DNA of 64,000 nt from Eledone cirrhosa (lineage: Eukaryota), in NCBI GenBank assembly GCA_964016885.1, contig OZ024743.1:341248001-341312000 (forward strand), written 5' to 3'. The notes below the pieces were generated by a model. It did not search any database and had not been told where the DNA came from. It saw nothing but the letters and a program-made list of their open reading frames with translations. Shown here one piece after another: positions 58,173 through 64,000 of the stretch (position 1 is its first letter; every line of letters starts with the position of its first letter). Both the position numbers and the translations under genes were made by a program.

Positions 58173-58419
58173 TATCAAATTAAAGTTTAAGAAAAGAATC
58201 TCTGCTTTCACCCATAACGCGATCTTCTGCTCTAGGGTTCTTATATCTTATATATTTGATATATATTTATCCTTATCGAGCCCTCTTTGAATTTTAGTCT
58301 TCATATTTATTATTATTACTATATATATATATATATATATATGCACATACCCACTTAGAAATGATCGGATACGGTCACTCTTACGAGTATGTCATATAAC
58401 ATTTTATACATCTAATATT

Positions 58420-58481
58420 GTATTTTGTCTAACGAAGGCATCCTATAATTTAGCATCCTAGAAATATATATAATGAAATAT
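58420..58481 (+). ncRNA. Decayed hammerhead ribozyme (G5 to A)
   Basis: GTATTTTGT-CTAACGA-AGG..CCT-A-GAAA-TATATA-TA-ATGAAATAT. Confidence 0.55.
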
Positions 58482-58514
58482 ATAATATTATAATGTTAAA
58501 TCGTCCGTTTATTA

Positions 58515-58826
58515 TTATTAACTTTGCCTTTCATCCTTACGGGTTCGATACAATATAGTACCAGTAATGTACTGGGTAATTGCTAGCCTTGTGCCAAAAG
58601 TAGATACAATTATTATTATTATTATTAGGGCGGTGGATTGGCAGTATCGGTAGAGGGTCGGACGCCATGCTTTCTAGTATAGTTACGTCCCTTTACAGTC
58701 TGAGTTCAAATCCCGCCGAGGTTAACTTTGCCTTTCATCCTTACGGGGTCGATAAAATAAAGTACCAGTAATGTACTGGGTAATTGCTGGCCTTGTGCCT
58801 AAAGTAGAAACAATTATTATTATTAT
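58515..58826 (+). mobile_element. Tandem MetaSINE-like SINEs (truncated copy plus full copy 58628-58826)
   Basis: Consensus matches with (ATT)n tails. Confidence 0.85.
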
Positions 58827-59280
58827 TTTTAATTTCTTTCATTATTGTTTCTGAGATATATGCTGAGTGTCTTCCTGACACCTAGGACAAATAAATTCAC
58901 AGTGTGCATTGGTAAGCCAGTTAATACAGCACATTGATTATAATAAGAAAAAAAATGTATACATATATACAGATATGCATATGCATATGTAAATACAAGG
59001 AGGGATATCAATCTTACAGAGATAGTGCTCTTCTTAATACGTGTGCAGTACCATTTAAAACAATTTTTTGGGGCTCGTGCAGACAGGGTAAACCTGGAAT
59101 CATTCGCAAATATTGTTCTGTTCTTTTCTTGATCATTCCCAGTCCTCCCACAATCACTGGTATTGTAAGGCCTTGAGGTGCCACATTTTCGCAATTTCAA
59201 TAAGGAGATCTTTATATTTTCCTAGTTTGTCAAATTCTTGTGATCACATGGGATGCTCATATCTATCAATAAAGAGACCT
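58827..59280 (-). mobile_element. R4/Dong LINE 3' end fragment
   Basis: LLIDMSIP, KYKDLLIEIAKMW, PVIVGGLG, QKIVLNGTAHVLR. Confidence 0.8.
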
Positions 59281-59282
59281 TG

Positions 59283-61501
59283 TTATTTTTATTATTATTT
59301 TTATTATTATTATTATTACAGCTGCATTTATCTTGCTTTATGTTCATACGAGTTATCACCAAGTCACAAACAGTGACCTCAAGAGACAACAAGGTCCGCC
59401 ATGTTCAAGAAAGAATATACATACTCACACATGCATCTTTAGTGTTTAGACTTGTGATGTACTTATATTGACAGAATCTACCTTAGTATATGGGCAGTTC
59501 CCATTAGTACTATCTTTTGTATTTCTCCTATACGCGGGTTTCCTGGGATTTGCGTTAAGTAATCATTAGACCCCTTAGGTATCATTGCTAGAGCGCCTAC
59601 AACCACTGGTATTGTTTTAGTTCTCAATTTCCACATTTTTCTAATTTCTATCTCCAGGTCCTTATACTTGCTCAATTTTTCAAATGTTTTTATAGATAGA
59701 TTCTTGTCTATTGGAACGGACATATCAATTAGCAGGCATACCCTCTTTTTAAAGTCCTTCAATATTATATCAGGTCTATTTGCATCTATTTTTCGGTCTG
59801 TTTGTGTGCTAAAGTTCCACAAGATTGAGATATGATCTTTTTCAAGTGTGGGAGGTGGTTGATGCTCCCACCAATTCTTTTGATGGGGTAGGTCAAAATG
59901 CTTACACATTATCCAATGTACGTATCGTGCAGCTCTGTCATGCTTGTTTAGGTATTCGGTTAGAGCTATAGGACTGCACATTGAAATTATATGATCAATG
60001 GTCTCTGGTTGTTTTTTGCATACATGGCATAATGGGCTGCATCCATTTTTTATTATGTTGGCTTGGTAATTTTTTGTTGGCAGACACTGATCTTGTGCTG
60101 ATATAATCAGTCCTTCAGTCTCCGATTTCAGTCCAGAGGATGCCAACCACTGAAGGGTTAAAGTTTTGTCAACATCAGGATTGTTAGCTCGTTCTGGGTA
60201 TTTTCCATACAGAGGCTTTTCTTGCCATTTCTTAGCCAGTTTCTGTAGCAGTTCTTTCTTTGCAGTTACTTTTACCTGCTTTTCTTTTTCTGTGTTTTCC
60301 ATTTCAGCAGTAAATGGGACTTCTGAAATGTGTAGTCCATTACTGTATCTTTGTGCATCTTTTGTAATGGAGTATGATCTTTTGATGCTTTCGTGTTTCA
60401 AAACGAGTTTGATCATCCAATCATGAGATTCCCTTAGATATGTAAATAATCCAATTGTTGCAGTTTTCAACGCAATATCTAACTGGATTAACCCACGTCC
60501 TCCTTGTTTCCTAGGAAGATATATTATAACTGTATCTGCCTTAGGGTGATGCATTCTGTGCATGGTTAAGAATGTTCTAATGTTTGTATCGAGCCTACGG
60601 ATCTCTGAGCTTGACCAGTTGATGACATTGTAACTGTAGGTTACTACTGGTATGGCAAGCGTATCTATGGCTTCGATCCTATTCCTTGCATTCAATTCCG
60701 TTCTTGAGATTGCTCTTACTCTGCGGTAACATTCCTTCCTTATCCTTTCCCTCATTGTCGAGTGCTTGATTCCGTCTCCTTCACAAACACCTAGATATTT
60801 GTAAGTTTCCTCTTGATCAAGTTCCTTTATCACATTCCCCCGATCAAGATTAATGCCTGAACTCTTCAGCAGCTTTCCTCTTGTGAACGTTGCTTTGGCG
60901 CATTTATCTAGTCCAAACTCCATTTTACTGTCATCACTGAACTGATCCACAGTGGATAATAGCCCTTGCAATTGTTCATCATTTTTTGCAAAAGTTTCAG
61001 GTCATCCATGTAGAACAAGTGATTAATGATTTTGTCATAGGCTTTATATCCATGTTTTGTTTCATTGAGCATTTTACTTAATGGTATAAGTGCGATGCAG
61101 AATAAAAGCGGTGATAAAGAGTCACCCTGAAAAATTCCACAATTAATATTAACTTTTCCAGCTTCCAGTGATTTCTTTTCACTCTTCAAAAGGAGTGTCA
61201 TTTTCCATGTCTTCACACTGAATGACAAAAACCTCCTGACAACGGGAGATATTTTGAAAATCTCTAAACATTTTTCAATCCAACTGTGTGGCAAACTATC
61301 GAATGCTTTTTTATTATCAATCCAAGCAATTGATAGATTGGGAAACAGATCATTTGTTATCAGGTGGTCATATGTATATTCAGTTAGGACTGATGTTAAC
61401 ATTTTATACATTGTGGTCAAGCAAGTTATCGGTCTGTAATTTTGGGGATTGTTTGTCTCGTCATTCTTCGGAAGTAGGAATGTAATGCCGTTAACTAGCC
61501 A
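59283..61501 (-). mobile_element. 5'-truncated R4/Dong LINE (RT, CCHC, restriction-like endonuclease) with (TAA)n tail
   Basis: GIFQGDSLSP, HLFYMDDLK, CHVC..ETIDHI..C, NRPDI, LLIDMSVP, KLSKYKDL; frameshift near 60980. Confidence 0.9.
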
Positions 61502-63642
61502 TTATGCCAGACTTGTTCGGTGACCTCTTGGCAGACGTTTACTGCAACTGCCAGCAGAACGGGAGCATTCCCAGATTTGTGAGTTGGAGGGCAGTGCCGT
61601 TGCTGAGAAAAGACCCGAACAAGTGGGATGTTATCGATAACTTCAGGCCCATAACCTTGCTAAACGCAGAGTTCAAGATTTTGGCCAAGGTGTTAGCAAC
61701 GAGGTTGGCGCTTGTCGTCGGGGGTCTGGTGAGAGAGGCGCCATTCCGGACAGATACATACATAAAAAACCTCCACCTCATGCGATACATCGTAGAGAGG
61801 GTGGTTAAGGAACCTGGCACGAGTGGGGCCCTGATCAACTTGGATCAATCCAAAACATTCGATAGGTTCGACCATCGGTAGCTGGCGGCGGTCCTCGAGG
61901 CAGCCGGTTTCGAGCTCGTTTTCAGGGGTTGGATCGCTGCGATGTACAGCGACATCTGCTCAGTTGTGAGGGTGAAGAACGGTCACCTGTCGCAGCCGTT
62001 CAGCATCATGCGCTCGGTCCGCCAGGGTTGTCCCATCTCGTCGCTATTGTACGTATTGGCTCTCGAGCCGTTACTACACAAACTGTGGGCGATAAGGAGC
62101 GTCCCACGCGAATTAGGATGTGGGAAATGCGAGACGGCTTACGTCGACGACGTCACCTTGGTGGTGTCGAACACCAGACACGTCCAGATGCTCGGCACCG
62201 CTCTCAAGGAATACGAAGCGGTGACAGGAGCAAAGATAAACCAGGAAAAGTCGGTGGGCTTGCAGCTCGGCACATGGAGAGGCAAGTCCAGGCCGTCCGA
62301 CAGCGTGGTGGGCGTTGGACGGAAGGACCGGTTAAATAGCTCGGGGTCTGATTCGGAACGAACCTCCAGATGGAGAAAAGCTTGAGCGAGGTGACGACCA
62401 GAGTGGCCTCCCTCACCCTGAAATGGGTCGAGAGGAAGCTGTCCCTGAAAGGCCGGGCGGAGGTGGCAAATGCGTACATCGCATCCGTCATCTGCTTCCG
62501 CCTCACCGTCGTCCCTTGACCCGGCCCAACTCTCACCAAAATGGAGCGCCTCCTCTTCCACTTTTTGTGGGAAGGATGCGTTCCCATGGTCAGACGATCC
62601 ATCTTCTGTCAACACCTGTTGCGTGGAGGACTAGGCATGCCATGGCTGATGATGCGCAAACGTGCGCTGAGGCTGCGCCATCTCTGGTGCTTCCTTGATG
62701 GTGAACAGGTGTGGTCGCCGTCGCCAGGCACGTTTTCCCACAGCTCGTCTCCCTGACGGAGCTGCAGTCCTGGGTCAGGAAAAGACCGGGGGATAGCGCT
62801 TATAAACTGAAATATCTCCAGGCACACACCGCCCTCTGCCAGCTGGTCACCAGTATCGGTGGAACATCCACCTCGGCGTTCTATAGAGGACTAGTGAAGG
62901 GGAAGAGCGACGACGTTCTCGGAGAGATCCTGACGTCGAAGAAGATCAGCTGTTTGCTCTCTTCCGGAGAACTTTCAGCCCAGGGTCTATGGATAACTTC
63001 CAAAAATCCCCGGCAGTGCTACCGGGGAGCTTTGCCGGTTCGAGATAAGCTCTACAGGCACGGAAGTGCCGTCAGCCGAGCCTGTGCAAGATGCGCGCAG
63101 AGCGACGAAACCGTCGTGCACGCACTCATTCAGTGCCCGAGCATTGCTGACTTGTGTAGCTATGTCGAACAGTTTCTGTTGCCTGTAGGACTGATCCGGT
63201 TATCGACTGAGTCCATGGTGCAGATGGTCTCACAGTCTTCCTTCGAGGAGGAAGAGCAGGCGGCTTTCATCTGCCTGGTAGCCATGGCGAAAGAGATTGT
63301 GTGGCGGACACGGTTGAAAGGATTAAAGACAGACACTTTCCTCTTCGGCCTATCCCTAATTAACTCTTTCAAGTTTCACTTGAAGAGGAAAATCACGGTG
63401 GAGAGGAAAGTGCTGCCTTCTAGCAAGTTTGTTGAAAGGTGGGTGAATGTAGCAAGAATGGTCCGAGTGAACGGGACCGCTCTGAATATACGCCTGTAGT
63501 TTGATTAATAGACACATTGAGAGAGGGGGCTTGCTCTGATGGTCAGGGTGGCCGCTATCTTTTGTGTAGTTTCGTAACGAGTAACCTCGGAGGTTTCCCC
63601 CCTATTGGTGAATTTTTAATTGTTTCAATTTTCATTTTTATT

Positions 63643-63706
<64 letters not shown>

Positions 63707-63860
63707 GTTTCTATGTCTTTTACTTTTTCTTTTCTTATATAAATAATAAAAATATTTACACGCACAAAATCCACATCGTACCGTCCTGTACCGTCCTGTG
63801 CCGTCTGTTATGTTTTTCTTGATGTCAGCCCGTGTGGCCAATACAGAACTCATTATTAGT
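61502..63860 (+). mobile_element. 5'-truncated Tx1/L1-clade LINE (RT plus C-terminal CCHC), frameshifted; ORF ends at 63499
   Basis: NFRPITLLN, LINLDQSKTFDR, SVRQGCPIS, AYVDD, GGLGMP, CARC..ETVVHALIQCP. Confidence 0.88.
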
Positions 63861-64000
63861 TTTCGATATCAATATACCATTTTGTTGTTACCTGTAATCG
63901 TATAAAAACTGTAATGCAAGAAATATTTATTTTAATGTCTATATTTATATGAAGTCAACTTATAAAATGTTAAAATTTAAATATATTACATTCTTAAATA

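Noticed and set aside
51945-58826. SINE heads as tRNA genes; SINE arrays as CRISPR-like repeats
   Set aside because: A/B boxes without cloverleafs; eukaryotic SINE context with no spacers or cas genes

Overview
Eukaryotic, very AT-rich, microsatellite-dominated DNA. The repeat content (MetaSINE-like tRNA SINEs, RTE, R4/Dong and Tx1-like LINEs, Penelope-like elements) suggests a cephalopod, probably octopus; this is inference. One host gene is supported: an intronless peptide-receptor-type GPCR (2340-3494, +). Nearly all other ORF-track entries are translations of (TA)n/(TG)n or decayed retroelements. The main unannotated signal is RNA structure. I found 14 type I hammerhead ribozyme (HHR) motifs with intact cores plus one decayed copy, from about 10 sequence families, most in islands bordered by (TA)n and some in the terminal repeats of Naiad-like Penelope elements. 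Notable cases: a non-coding 1005-nt unit bounded by two direct HHRs (retrozyme/circRNA candidate), a U3-A8 compensatory core variant, an HHR beside a tRNA-like cloverleaf, and a recurring (TA)n-[inverted arm]-body-tail-(TA)n insertion architecture. All folds were read by eye; none is tested for activity.
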